The notes under the pieces: model-generated | What the model saw: only the letters and a program-made list of their open reading frames with translations | What the model was told of the DNA's origin: nothing | Databases searched by the model: none | In this document: piece after piece, positions 38,880 through 52,800 of the stretch | Numbering within the stretch: the first letter of the stretch is position 1 | Layout of the letters: each line of letters begins with the position of its first letter | Position numbers and translations under genes: made by a program | Source: Mizuhopecten yessoensis | Taxonomy: Eukaryota | Direction: 5' to 3' | DNA: 64,000 nucleotides | NCBI RefSeq assembly: GCF_002113885.1 | Contig: NW_018403488.1 | Coordinates: forward strand, 6,260-70,259

Positions 38880-39720
38880 TCCTCTGTGTCGTTAGACCTC
38901 TGGGGTTGGCGTTTCTCTTTATTTCTCTGTGTCGTTAGACCTCTGTGATTGGCGCTTCTCTTTATTTCTCTGTGTCGATAGACCTCTGTGGTTGGCGTTT
39001 CTCTTTATTTCTCTGTGTCGTTAGCCCTCTGTGATTGGCGTTTCTCTTTCTTTCTCTGTGTCGATAGACCTCTGTGATTGGCGTTTCTCTTTATTTCTCT
39101 GTGTCGATACACCTCTGTGATTGGCGTTTCTCTTCCTTTCTCTGTGTCGTTAGACCTCTGTGATTGGCGTTTCTCTTTCTTTCTTTCTCTGTGTCGATAG
39201 ACCTCTGTGATTGGCGTTTCTCTTTATTTCTCTGTGTCGTTAAACCTCTGTGATTGGCGTTTTTCTTTATTTCTCTGTGTCGATACACCTCTGGGATTGG
39301 CGTTTCTCTTTCTTTCTTTCTCTGTGTCGATAGACATCTGTGATTGTCGTTTCTCTTTCTTTCTCTGTGTCGATACACCTCTGTGATTGGCGTTTCTCTT
39401 TCTTTCTCTATGTCGATAGACCTCTGTGATTGGCGTTTCTCTTTCTTTCTCTGTGTCGATACACCTCTGTGATTGGCGTTTCTCTTTCTTTTTCTGTGGC
39501 GATAGACCTCTGTTATTGACGTTTCTCTTTCTTTCTCTGTGTCGTTAGCCCTCTGTGATTGGCGTTTCTCTTTATTTCTCTGTGTCGATAGACCTCTGTG
39601 ATTGGCGTTTCTCTTTCTTTTTCTGTGTCGATAGACCTCTGTTATTGACGTTTCTCTTTCTTTCTCTGTGTCGTTAGACCTCTGTGATTGGCGTGTCTCT
39701 TTCTTTCTCTGTGTAACTAG
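38880..39720. repeat. 43-bp minisatellite (copy B only)
   Basis: Unit CTCTGTGTCGATAGACCTCTGTGATTGGCGTTTCTCTTTATTT; starts at 38882 and 38925. Confidence 0.95.
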
Positions 39721-40384
39721 ACAGCAGGAGTTTGCGCTTCCCTATCTTTCTGTTATCAGAACACTGGCGATTAACACAGCTCTCAGTCAGTTAAACCTTC
39801 CCTACTTTTCCCCCAAAAATCCTGCGTTATGAAGGGTGAAGTTAACGCTTTAGGAATATACTATTTATATATTTAATGTCGTTTAATAGATCATTCTTGA
39901 GTTATATTCTCAGATGAAAATTCTTTTATTTAAAATATTCTGAATTGTTATATTTTACTCCTTAACAACTTAACTGAACTCTTCAATCATTGTCCGGCTG
40001 TCTACGGTAGGGACAGAGTTACATAATTTACATACTGTAATTGATAATGCATACCATGCCAAACGTCATTACAACAAGTTCGTCACATATCATGACGTAG
40101 GTCTCCGACAACAGGAACAGTATTCATTTCACGCCTAGTGTCACATATCTCCTGAAAATGTATGTCCAGGTGTGAATGATAAAGGATGACGTAATATGAA
40201 TGGATTCTACATAATCAGAATTGTTAAAGATGAATATAAATAGTTTCACATAGTATCTTAGATTTAGAATTTCATACCTCTGACTCTTGAGAACCATTTT
40301 TTACGACAACTTATACAAAGTGTAATTATATATGTGACCACTTGTATGATGCAGTTACAAAGCAAAACTACGTGACAGGTTATG

Positions 40385-43240
40385 TACTGTTGTTACAAAG
40401 ACAGACGATGTCACACAATTAAGGTGTAGTAACTAGGACGGACATTGTGGTAACTAGTACAGTGTTGTTACCGAGATAGATGATGTCACACAATTAAAGT
40501 GTAGTAACTACGCCGGACATTGTGGTAACTAGTACAGTGTTGTTACCGAGACAGACGATGTGACACAATTAAACTGTAGTAACTAGGACGGACGTTGTGG
40601 TAAATAGTACAGTGTTTTTACCGAGACAGACGATATCACACAATTAAAGTGTAGTAACTAGGACGGACGCTGTGGTAACTAGTACAGTGTTGTTACTGAG
40701 ACAGACGATGTGACACAATTAAAGTGTAGTAACTAGGACAGACGTTGTGGTAATTAGTACAGTATTGTTACCGAGACAGACGATGTCACACAATTAAAGT
40801 GTAGTAACTAGGACGGACATTGTGGTAACTAGTACAGTGTTGTTACCGAGACAGACGATGTCACACAATTAAAGTGTAGTAACTAGGACGGACGTTGTGG
40901 TAACTAGTACAGTGTTGTTACCGAGACAGACGATGTCACACAATTAAAGTGTAGTAACTAGGACGGACGTTGTGGTAACTAGTACAGTGTTGTTACCGAG
41001 ACAGACGATGTCACACAATTAAAGTGTAGTAACTAGGACGGACGTTGTGGTAACTAGTACAGTGTTGTTACCGAGACAGACGATGTCACACAATTAAAGT
41101 GTAGTAACTAGGACGGACGTTGTGGTAACTAGTACAGTGTTGTTACCGAGACAGACGATGTCACACAATTAAAGTGTAGTAACTAGGACGGACGTTGTGG
41201 TAACTAGTACAGTGTTGTTACCGAGACAGACGATGTCACACAATTAAAGTGTAGTAACTAGGACGGACGTTGTGGTAACTAGTACAGTGTTGTTACCGAG
41301 ACAGACGATGTCACACAATTAAAGTGTAGTAACTAGGACGGACGTTGTGGTAACTAGTACAGTGTTGTTACCGAGACAGACGATGTCACACAATTAAAGT
41401 GTAGTAACTAGGACGGACGTTGTGGTAACTAGTACAGTGTTGTTACCGAGACAGACGATGTCACACAATTAAAGTGTAGTAACTAGGACGGACGTTGTGG
41501 TAACTAGTACAGTGTTGTTACCGAGACAGACGATGTCACACAATTAAAGTGTAGTAACTAGGACGGACGTTGTGGTAACTAGTACAGTGTTGTTACCGAG
41601 ACAGACGATGTCACACAATTAAAGTGTAGTAACTAGGACGGACGTTGTGGTAACTAGTACAGTGTTGTTACCGAGACAGACGATGTCACACAATTAAAGT
41701 GTAGTAACTAGGACGGACGTTGTGGTAACTAGTACAGTGTTGTTACCGAGACAGACGATGTCACACAATTAAAGTGTAGTAACTAGGACGGACGTTGTGG
41801 TAACTAGTACAGTGTTGTTACCGAGACAGACGATGTCACACAATTAAAGTGTAGTAACTAGGACGGACGTTGTGGTAACTAGTACAGTGTTGTTACCGAG
41901 ACAGACGATGTCACACAATTAAAGTGTAGTAACTAGGACGGACGTTGTGGTAACTAGTACAGTGTTGTTACCGAGACAGACGATGTCACACAATTAAAGT
42001 GTAGTAACTAGGACGGACGTTGTGGTAACTAGTACAGTGTTGTTACCGAGACAGACGATGTCACACAATTAAAGTGTAGTAACTAGGACGGACGTTGTGG
42101 TAACTAGTACAGTGTTGTTACCGAGACAGACGATGTCACACAATTAAAGTGTAGTAACTAGGACGGACGTTGTGGTAACTAGTACAGTGTTGTTACCGAG
42201 ACAGACGATGTCACACAATTAAAGTGTAGTAACTAGGACGGACGTTGTGGTAACTAGTACAGTGTTGTTACCGAGACAGACGATGTCACACAATTAAAGT
42301 GTAGTAACTAGGACGGACGTTGTGGTAACTAGTACAGTGTTGTTACCGAGACAGACGATGTCACACAATTAAAGTGTAGTAACTAGGACGGACGTTGTGG
42401 TAACTAGTACAGTGTTGTTACCGAGACAGACGATGTCACACAATTAAAGTGTAGTAACTAGGACGGACGTTGTGGTAACTAGTACAGTGTTGTTACCGAG
42501 ACAGACGATGTCACACAATTAAAGTGTAGTAACTAGGACGGACGTTGTGGTAACTAGTACAGTGTTGTTACCGAGACAGACGATGTCACACAATTAAAGT
42601 GTAGTAACTAGGACGGACGTTGTGGTAACTAGTACAGTGTTGTTACCGAGACAGACGATGTCACACAATTAAAGTGTAGTAACTAGGACGGACGTTGTGG
42701 TAACTAGTACAGTGTTGTTACCGAGACAGACGATGTCACACAATTAAAGTGTAGTAACTAGGACGGACGTTGTGGTAACTAGTACAGTGTTGTTACCGAG
42801 ACAGACGATGTCACACAATTAAAGTGTAGTAACTAGGACGGACATTGTGGTAACTAGTACAGTGTTGTTACCGAGACAGACGATGTCACACAATTAAAGT
42901 GTAGTAACTAGGACGGACGTTGTGGTAATTAGTACAGTGTTGTTACCGAGACAGACGATGAGACCACTAATACATGTATAATGAAGCTAGCAGGACAGAC
43001 CACATTACTGCGAGGTTATGTATTGTTGTTACCGAGAAAGACAATGCGACAACTAGTTAACAATACAGAAGGTGTGACAACTAATATAATGAAGTTACCA
43101 GGACAGAGACCTTGTCTGGTTATGTACGTATGGGCTGTTGTTATCGACACAGACGATGTGACACAATTAAAGTGTAGTAACTAGGACGAACGTTGTGTTA
43201 CATGTAACTAATACAGTGCTGTAACTGAGACAGACGAAGT
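40385..43240. repeat. 75-bp minisatellite (copy B; core identical unit to unit)
   Basis: Same unit as 19600-21210; lines repeat exactly every 300 nt from about 40860 to 42840. Confidence 0.97.
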
Positions 43241-44477
43241 TCCAATAAAGTTATATAGAATTGTTACCTGAAAAAGGACGTGCCAATTAAAATATGGTAA
43301 GTAACGCATATACACGAATAGATTGTATTGATTGTATAGACTGTTTATCTATGTACTGTAAAGCGCTGTATAGTGGTTTATTATAGCTAGACAAGGAGCT
43401 ATATCAAATGCTGTATGCTTTATTTTATTATTATAACAGACCATACGACAAGTTAATATAGTGGTGTTAACATGACAAAGGATACGACAACGAAAACTAT
43501 GGTGTAGTTGCTGGGAAATACGACTGTAATTCATATAAATATGTATATCCGTCTTCCCAAGATGTACCAGCGTGCCAGCGTCAATGATGCTATATAAAAC
43601 AATACACTATCACCACTAAAACACTAAAGAATACCTAGGTGTGATCGAAACCATGATTCGAATTGAAAATTATTAACACTGGGAAAATATATGAACGAAC
43701 GATTTACACATATCATCAAGTTTAAGAAATAAGTATATGGAAAATATGTCCTCTGTTTCATTGACAACACAACAATGAAACCTTGATAATTTCCAAAAGA
43801 TGATATTCTCTTGAAGTGAGCCCCGGAATTGTGACATATGATGCTCAAACATGGAGTTTATGGTCAAGCCTGATTTCTTGTTCCGGTTATAACTTGATAA
43901 TAACATTTTATTTTGTCAATGATTTTGAAAACCTTTGAAGAGACTTTAAGTCGAATACTGTTTTCAATGTTTTAATTTTATGTTTTGATCGTTTGACATG
44001 ATTAAAGCGAGTTACAAGAATGTTGATTTGAGTACAAAACCCATGATTGAGCATAAAAACGGATTCATGAATACGGACCTTGAACTACAACTGTCAGTAA
44101 TGAGCATGCTATATTAAAACAGATTAATACTCATATCGCAAAGAAATAGCGGCTATTAGACTATTGTGGTAACTATGACCTTCAAGAATGTGATGGCCCA
44201 ATCAAAACAATAATTATTTTAAAAGTGTCAAAAGTTTATACACAATTACCGTTGGAAATTGTGTGTATTGTCACAATTAAAACACGAGTCATCTCCCTTG
44301 TGTATACGTACTGTTCCTCACACTGAGGTCTTCGTACCGTATAACGTATTGCACTCGGATTAACCTGGTTTTACATTCAGAAAGCTTAAAATAAAGTAAG
44401 TTAATGATATTTACAAATGCTAACGTGCTTTATAAAAACAAACATGTTGCAGGAAAAGAGTATGCAAAGTAGATGTA

Positions 44478-45391
44478 CAGGGGCGGATCCAGGATTTCCT
44501 AAAAGGGGGGGGGGGGCCGAGAAATTTTTCTCAATAGCCAACAGCGTGCTGCGAAAGGCAGCAGCCCGAGCGCGTAGCTGGAGGAGGGTGAGGGTACAGA
44601 CCCCCTCCCCCTAAGGGGGGTTTGGGGATTTCCCCCCAAAAAATGTGTTTTCTAGAACGTCTCAGAAGCGATTTCCCGTGTTCTGAGGATTGTTTTTATG
44701 TTTAATTAACAAGAAGAAAAAAACATATTTTAAGTATGGCCCAAAGGCTTTTTTTGTGTACTGGAAAGAAAATTTAAGTTTCGGTTCAAATTCTCTATCA
44801 ATAGCGTGTTTTAGAAGTCATATGGTATTATTATAGGGGCAACCTGGTGATGACAAATGTATGAATCCACAGGGGACTTGTTCATTATTACCTAGTTTGG
44901 CGTCCCACCCGCAAGGGGGATACGAGAGGTCCACCGTCAAAATATAAACCTAGTCTTCAGACATTGTACGTTTGTCGTACAAAAGAACAAATAACACCAT
45001 AACATCGTTGCTGTTTAATTAATGAGTTACTCATGGCATCACTAAGTTTGTAAACAAACGGTAAGTTCAAATCAATGCGACACCCAAGGTCACTAGCTAT
45101 ATACAGGGGCGTTTCTAGGATATTTGAAAGAGTGGGCGTAGAATAAGATCTGTCGCCGAGCGGAGCAAGGCGAAAAAAGTTTTGGACCTTTTTTTTAAAA
45201 AACATAAAATAATTGTGAAATGCACTAATGTAACGGTTCCTATATATATTTTATAGTTGAAGTGCCATGGTTTGACATTTTTTTTTATCAGAGTATGTCT
45301 TTAATTAATGAATATGATTAATTGCCATATTCAATACAATATTAGCAGATTACGAAAAAAAAAAAACCCCCCTCCCCTGGACCCGCCCCTG
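44478..45391. mobile_element. Non-autonomous DNA transposon(s) with CAGGGGCGGATCCAGG-type termini
   Basis: CAGGGGCGGATCCAGG at 44478 and CCTGGACCCGCCCCTG ending at 45391 (1 mismatch); a second related left end, CAGGGGCGTTTCTAGG, at about 45103. Confidence 0.7.
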
Positions 45392-48300
45392 ATATAGTCT
45401 CGCGTTTTATAATTGTTGACTAATTCCCTAGTGTAGACAATGATATATCTGAAATGTCCACGCTGATTAACTCATGTAAGGGCGTGCATATTACCAACGA
45501 TGGTACATTTGCTAAGCTATCTGGTTAAAATGGTACAACTTAGGAGGCACATACGCGTCACCTTTAAATTTAATTTAACAATGATCATACTGTGTGAAGA
45601 TACTTTCTTGAACGTACACGATGGTAAGCTATAAGTACCACAATGAGATATTATGTTGTACATACAAGATACATTGTAGTTAAACAGTTCCAACAATATA
45701 TACAATACCAAAATAATTGAATGGATATGTTTAATCGATTATACAAAATATTGTCAGCCGCAAAAAATCGTTCTTGTATAATGAGATGATTAATATCGCC
45801 CGGGCGTTTAGGAAGGTTACAATAAAAAGTATTAATTTTTTAGATCATCTATAACGAGCGGTCAATAATATAATTATGCAACTTATGCTAGTATATTTCC
45901 GCCGAGCGTTGCAAGTTGCAACTGGGGGTTTTGCGGAGGTGGTAAAATAAAAAACACACTTTAGGGTCAAGATACAAAGTAGACGAGCTTAGCGATGCCA
46001 ACAAATATTGTTTTAATAAAGAAAATATAGTAAAAATATCAGATAACGGAAACCCACAATATTTGCTAGGATGCCGTATGGGATGTGTGGGGCGTAGCCC
46101 CAGATTTTTTTTATACAAGCTCCGTGCATTATTTGATGCATTTTAAANTTACAGCACGTAGCTCCATATAGCCGCCCTACTTTAGTCATCATAACGCAGT
46201 TACCTGTAAAGTATATTAAAGTTTTATTATTAGCAAATACGTTCTTAAAAACGAATCTCCTCAATTAGTAGATACATTTGTATCACCTTTGGTTTTCAGA
46301 ACCCTTAATTTACTAATACATTAAAGTTATCGGGATATGCAATACACGAATGCAAGAGGCCTTGTCCATATTTAATATTAACAATTTCATTATGTTTCAC
46401 CGTTTAAATTAAGCTTTCTTCATTACATTGAAATACCTTTGATTCCATAAGGTAATTCTAACTACAGTAAGATAAACACATCTTAACGATATTTTTTTAA
46501 AGGCAAGTGTGTTGCATCGCTATGTGTTATGTGTACTTTGTACCGATACAGATTACGGTGTTATGGTAATTTTATTTTATTAAATCGGGTAAATGACTGA
46601 AGAAAAAAGTGTGGTACGCGTCACCCCTATGACTGATGTATTCTATAACAAATGAAGAAATACATCAAAAGGGAAAGATTCAAAATAAAGATTTCTTTAG
46701 CATGACATAGTGATGACTTTGGGATGTTAACAATCACTTTATTAATCCCTAACTACAAGGCGGACGGAGGACATTACAATGTTCGTCCGTATATACGTAC
46801 GTTTGGACCTTGGCCTTATGATATATGTTTGCCCCAGTATTACACATGCGAACATCAAAATTGATATGCAAGCATAACTTAGGAAGACAGAGTGTCACGT
46901 CAAAAGATGAGTTGAGGGTTTTCCTGGTTTCTCGTTGGAGATGAGGATATCTCTCCATTTTGCTGTTGCAAACATATTTCTTAATTTAAGTGTATGACAG
47001 GTATCGCTTATATTTTATAAATAGTAAAATATCTTGGGCAAAATCCTTTCAATCATAAAACTCGATAATTGTATGCATTGTGTTTGGTACAGTACACTGT
47101 TACATATGTTTTGTGACATTTACAATTGTTATACAACTTTATCCAGAACAGCACATTTAGCATTAAAGTAAAGGTTAAAATGTACGTGACAGTTTTCCCA
47201 AGTTGTACCACCAAACCAAGTTTTATCATCCCCGGACAAATATAGAAAGACATTTACGAACCCATCACGCGGGTTATGAATGTGTCTATGAATAAAGTTT
47301 ATAATTTAGCGGTAATAGGGTACTGACAACGTGTTGCAAGGTAGTTTTCAACTTTTATGTCAAGTTAGTAATGATAGAAAAAAGAAAAAAGAAAAGACTA
47401 TAACCAGGTTTGAACCGACCCGTCATTTGATTTCATACTCAATAACACCAGGACAAAATATGAACAAATGTACGATTTACATTTATCGTCAAATATAATA
47501 AATAAGGTTAAGGAAATATGACCGATTGTTCCAGAAAGGTAGGCATATTTCCCAACGAAATCATTATGGCGACCATGAGCCTTGTATATGATGATGACCA
47601 TAACTGTTTTCATTTTATGGCCACATCAAAATTGACTTTACATTAAAAAGGTGTCTTCTAAGCACAGGTAAAAAAAAAATATATATATATATATACATCA
47701 TTCGTAGGTCGTCTGGGGATGGGCTGCCCCAGCTACGACCCACAATACATGAAACACTCTCTATTTTCTTTCTTCACAAATCAACACTTATTCATTTCTT
47801 TCTCTCTCACTTTTTCACACTCTCATACTGAAATTTCTTCTTGTTTACCTCACTTTTTTACACTCTCGTGTAAACCCTCCTCACACGGAGGTAACAAAAA
47901 CAAAAAAACAAAATACGGAACTTTTGTCCGGTTTCCGGTTTCCTTAGCTACATGTATGTGTTTTCATGCATTTCCGCTGATTGCTGTGCACAGGGAGTGC
48001 GAAGGATTACAGAATGAATAAAAGTGGTAATACTTATATTTAAATGACTGTGAAAGCTAATAATATATTTTGAATGCCTCAGTTATATTGTTGTTCATGT
48101 TGTGTGGCCCTGTTATGTTCAGTATTTGCATTACTCGACTACGCTCGATCGGTTTTGTTTTACCATGATCTCGGTCACATGTTTACAATCTCAATGTAAT
48201 GCCAATGTTGCAAACATTTCTCTTCCTGTACGACTCCGGATTCTGTATATCCCTGCTAATCGCACCCTGTTATGTTTAGCCGAATCTATTATAATAGCCT

Positions 48301-48574
48301 AAGAAATTATTTGTTGTTTCTGGTGGGTAATTAGTATTACGTGAATTGGGGGGGGGGGGGGGGGGATACATAATATTAGAGATTGCATAATATTAGAGTA
48401 TCATTTTTAACGCTCTAATGCATTTTTTAATTCTTGAAGTTGAGTGCTATTGTTAGATTTTAAGTGAAGTCTTGTACTACTTTTTAACATATTTAAAAAA
48501 ATAACAATAGTTGATTCTTATCTTGATATTTTTATATTCCTTACTTACCATATGCAATATTTTAGTGTGAATAT

Positions 48575-48960
48575 ATAGAGAATAATACAGGCCTTTTTCC
48601 ATATCACACCCAGTATCAACCCGAGACTGCAATATCAGCCCAAGGGCCGAAGGCCCGAGGGCTGATATTAGTCGAGGGTTGATATTGGTCGTGATATGGA
48701 AAAAGTGATGTTTTATTCTGTTTATTACATACTTACTAATAAAAGCTACTATCTTATGATAAATTTTTCTTTTGAAACATTGAAAAACGAAAAAAAATCC
48801 AAAAGGGGTGTGATACGGGTTTTGCGGGCTGATACGGGTTTTGCGGGCTAAAACGGGTTTTGGGGTGTGATACGGTGGGGGCTGATACGGTATTTGGGGT
48901 GTGATACGGCGAGGGCTGATATGGGTAAGAGCAATTGTGTCGTATCGCATATACAAAAAA
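48575..48960. mobile_element. Palindromic non-autonomous element with short internal subrepeats
   Basis: Long hairpin centred on GGGCCGAAGGCCC (TTTTTCCATATCAC...GTGATATGGAAAAA); GGGTGTGATACGG / GGGCTGATACGG repeats at 48805-48925. Confidence 0.6.
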
Positions 48961-49863
48961 AACGTATTTATTAGTAAGTATGTAATATAACAGAGTTCAT
49001 CACACAATAGCTTGTACTTGTTTTGCATACTCCTAGCATCACACTCTCTTCACATATCATGTTGTCCTCATCCATGTCTGGTAGCTGGTCAAAAATTGTT
49101 CCCTGTACTATATTTATTTAATTAGTACCAAAGGGACATTGATAAAATAGGTGATTGAGGGTTTCTGGGGTGTTTTGACATAGATGACACTGTCCGTCGG
49201 ATCTGTTCATTAAGCACAGGTATTTTACCGTAGGCAGTAGGAACGATATTTGTTTATGCCAATTACAACACGAGCTACCCCCCTTGTGTGGGGGTTTTCA
49301 TGTGTAAGTCCCACTATTTCATAATTTGTCAAAAGATTGATAAACATGACTGTTCATAGAGTCAAAAAGGACTTTAATTGTAGCATTAAGCAAAGTCACA
49401 AATGATTGCATGCGGATATAATAAACACACGGAGAGAAAATAGTATAAAAATACATTCATATATATGCTAACATATTCACAACTGAACTTTTGTTGAATT
49501 TGATTAACCATCCTTATCACTTTACATCCCTTAGATCCATAAAGACACCCCACACTCTTCGGACGACTGTACATAAAAAATAGTTTAACAGCACACAAAG
49601 GTAGTTGTTACAGTGAAAAGGGTTTGGAAAAAGATATCTTTAATAGTAGATGCAATTGAAACAGCTTTAGTTAATCATGAATAACAGAAATAACTTGCAG
49701 TTACTAAAATTACCGGTGTATACAATATACCTATGTAACATACATTTTTTAAATTCAACATTAAAATTTGGCAATATGTCACCGTTAGTATTAGTTTTTT
49801 ACCATATAATATTGCAATATGCTTTCGATACTGTCTTCGGCTAGTTTAACTAATATATTTGTA

Positions 49864-52800
49864 TATGAGGGTCATTCAATAAATTGTGTCACTAGGGCCA
49901 GGAATCACAGGTATGTTGTATTTAGTTTGATCTTTCTATTACATTCCGTCGATGTATCCCATCGCGGTAGTTTTGCCATGGTATACTGGCGAGTCAATAG
50001 GGCGGGTGGCCAATCTGCACTACCTTTTCTTAGTTCAAATGCATGTACAATATTGCTCTTGTGGTATGAACCACTGTTGTGAATTAGATGGATCCCATTC
50101 AATGCTCATTTCGAGGTGTGTTTTTTTATTTCATCCCTGTAAGTAACTCGGATGTCCTACCTGAGTCGCAATTGTCGTATTTTTTCAATATATTTCGGCA
50201 CATTTCATACGTTTGACCTTTTGTTAAGATGTCAGCAATGGGGAATCAATCGGGCACTAGGTCAAAATGTGATATGTACTGCCTTCTGGAATGCAAACTA
50301 TATGAGAAAACAATATAACGACCATCGTCCTTAATTATTGCTTTCACAGCTGCAATGCACTTCTTTGATGCTGCAACAACTGGCCTGCCTTTCCGTGTAT
50401 TATCTTTAATGTCATTTTTACCATTCTTCAATTTGTTCACTCACCTGTAAACAGTTCTTATTTTTGCAGCAAATGTGTCTTTTATGCTTCACAACTATGT
50501 CTGTATCTGTCTTGGTGTTATCTGTATCTGTCTTGGTGTTATCTGTATCTGTCTTGGTGTTATATGTATTTGTCTTGGTGTTATATGTATCTGTCTTGGT
50601 GTTATATGTATCTGTCTTGGTGTTATATGTATCTGTCTTGGTGTTATATGTATCTGTCTTGGTGTTATATGTATCTGTCTTGGTGTTATATGTATCTGTC
50701 TTGGTGTTATATGTATCTGTCTTGGTGTTATATGTATCTGTCTTGGTGTTATATGTATCTGTCTTGGTGTTATATGTATCTGTCTTGGTGTTATATGTAT
50801 CTGTCTTGGTGTTATATGTATCTGTCTTGGTGTTATATGTATCTGTCTTGGTGTTATATGTATCTGTCTTGGTGTTATATGTATCTGTCTTGGTGTTATA
50901 TGTATCTGTCTTGGTGTTATATGTATCTGTCTTGGTGTTATATGTATCTGTCTTGGTGTTATATGTATCTGTCTTGGTGTTATCTGTATCTGTCTTGGTG
51001 TTATATGTATCTGTCTTGGTGTTATATGTATCTGTCTTGGTGTTATATGTATCTGTCTTGGTGTTATATGTATCTGTCTTGGTGTTATATGTATCTGTCT
51101 TGGTGTTATATGTATCTGTCTTGGTGTTATATGTATCTGTCTTGGTGTTATATGTATCTGTCTTGGTGTTATATGTATCTGTCTTGGTGTTATATGTATC
51201 TGTCTTGGTGTTATATGTATCTGTCTTGGTGTTATATGTATCTGTCTTGGTGTTATATGTATCTGTCTTGGTGTTATATGTATCTGTCTTGGTGTTATAT
51301 GTATCTGTCTTGGTGTTATATGTATCTGTCTTGGTGTTATATGTATCTGTCTTGGTGTTATATGTATCTGTCTTGGTGTTATATGTATCTGTCTTGGTGT
51401 TATATGTATCTGTCTTGGTGTTATATGTATCTGTCTTGGTGTTATATGTATCTGTCTTGGTGTTATATGTATCTGTCTTGGTGTTATATGTATCTGTCTT
51501 GGTGTTATATGTATCTGTCTTGGTGTTATATGTATCTGTCTTGGTGTTATATGTATCTGTCTTGGTGTTATATGTATCTGTCTTGGTGTTATATGTATCT
51601 GTCTTGGTGTTATATGTATCTGTCTTGGTGTTATATGTATCTGTCTTGGTGTTATATGTATCTGTCTTGGTGTTATATGTATCTGTCTTGGTGTTATATG
51701 TATCTGTCTTGGTGTTATATGTATCTGTCTTGGTGTTATATGTATCTGTCTTGGTGTTATATGTATCTGTCTTGGTGTTATATGTATCTGTCTTGGTGTT
51801 ATATGTATCTGTCTTGGTGTTATATGTATCTGTCTTGGTGTTATATGTATCTGTCTTGGTGTTATATGTATCTGTCTTGGTGTTATATGTATCTGTCTTG
51901 GTGTTATATGTATCTGTCTTGGTGTTATATGTATCTGTCTTGGTGTTATATGTATCTGTCTTGGTGTTATATGTATCTGTCTTGGTGTTATATGTATCTG
52001 TCTTGGTGTTATATGTATCTGTCTTGGTGTTATATGTATCTGTCTTGGTGTTATATGTATCTGTCTTGGTGTTATATGTATCTGTCTTGGTGTTATATGT
52101 ATCTGTCTTGGTGTTATATGTATCTGTCTTGGTGTTATATGTATCTGTCTTGGTGTTATATGTATCTGTCTTGGTGTTATATGTATCTGTCTTGGTGTTA
52201 TATGTATCTGTCTTGGTGTTATATGTATCTGTCTTGGTGTTATATGTATCTGTCTTGGTGTTATATGTATCTGTCTTGGTGTTATATGTATTTGTCTTGG
52301 TGTTATCTGTATCTGTCTTGGTGTTATATGTATCTGTCTTGGTGTTATATGTATCTGTCTTGGTGTTATATGTATCTGTCTTGGTGTTATATGTATCTGT
52401 CTTGGTGTTATATGTATCTGTCTTGGTGTTATATGTATCTGTCTTGGTGTTATATGTATCTGTCTTGGTGTTATATGTATCTGTCTTGGTGTTATATGTA
52501 TCTGTCTTGGTGTTATATGTATCTGTCTTGGTGTTATATGTATCTGTCTTGGTGTTATATGTATCTGTCTTGGTGTTATATGTATCTGTCTTGGTGTTAT
52601 ATGTATCTGTCTTGGTGTTATATGTATCTGTCTTGGTGTTATATGTATCTGTCTTGGTGTTATATGTATCTGTCTTGGTGTTATATGTATCTGTCTTGGT
52701 GTTATATGTATCTGTCTTGGTGTTATATGTATCTGTCTTGGTGTTATATGTATCTGTCTTGGTGTTATATGTATCTGTCTTGGTGTTATATGTATCTGTC

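Noticed and set aside
40385-43240. Regular repeat arrays as possible CRISPR
   Set aside because: Head-to-tail units with no unique spacers, no cas genes, and a eukaryotic intron-containing context.
47700-47750. GC-rich hairpin as a Helitron end (also at about 46088-46104)
   Set aside because: The hairpin is real, but element boundaries could not be defined.
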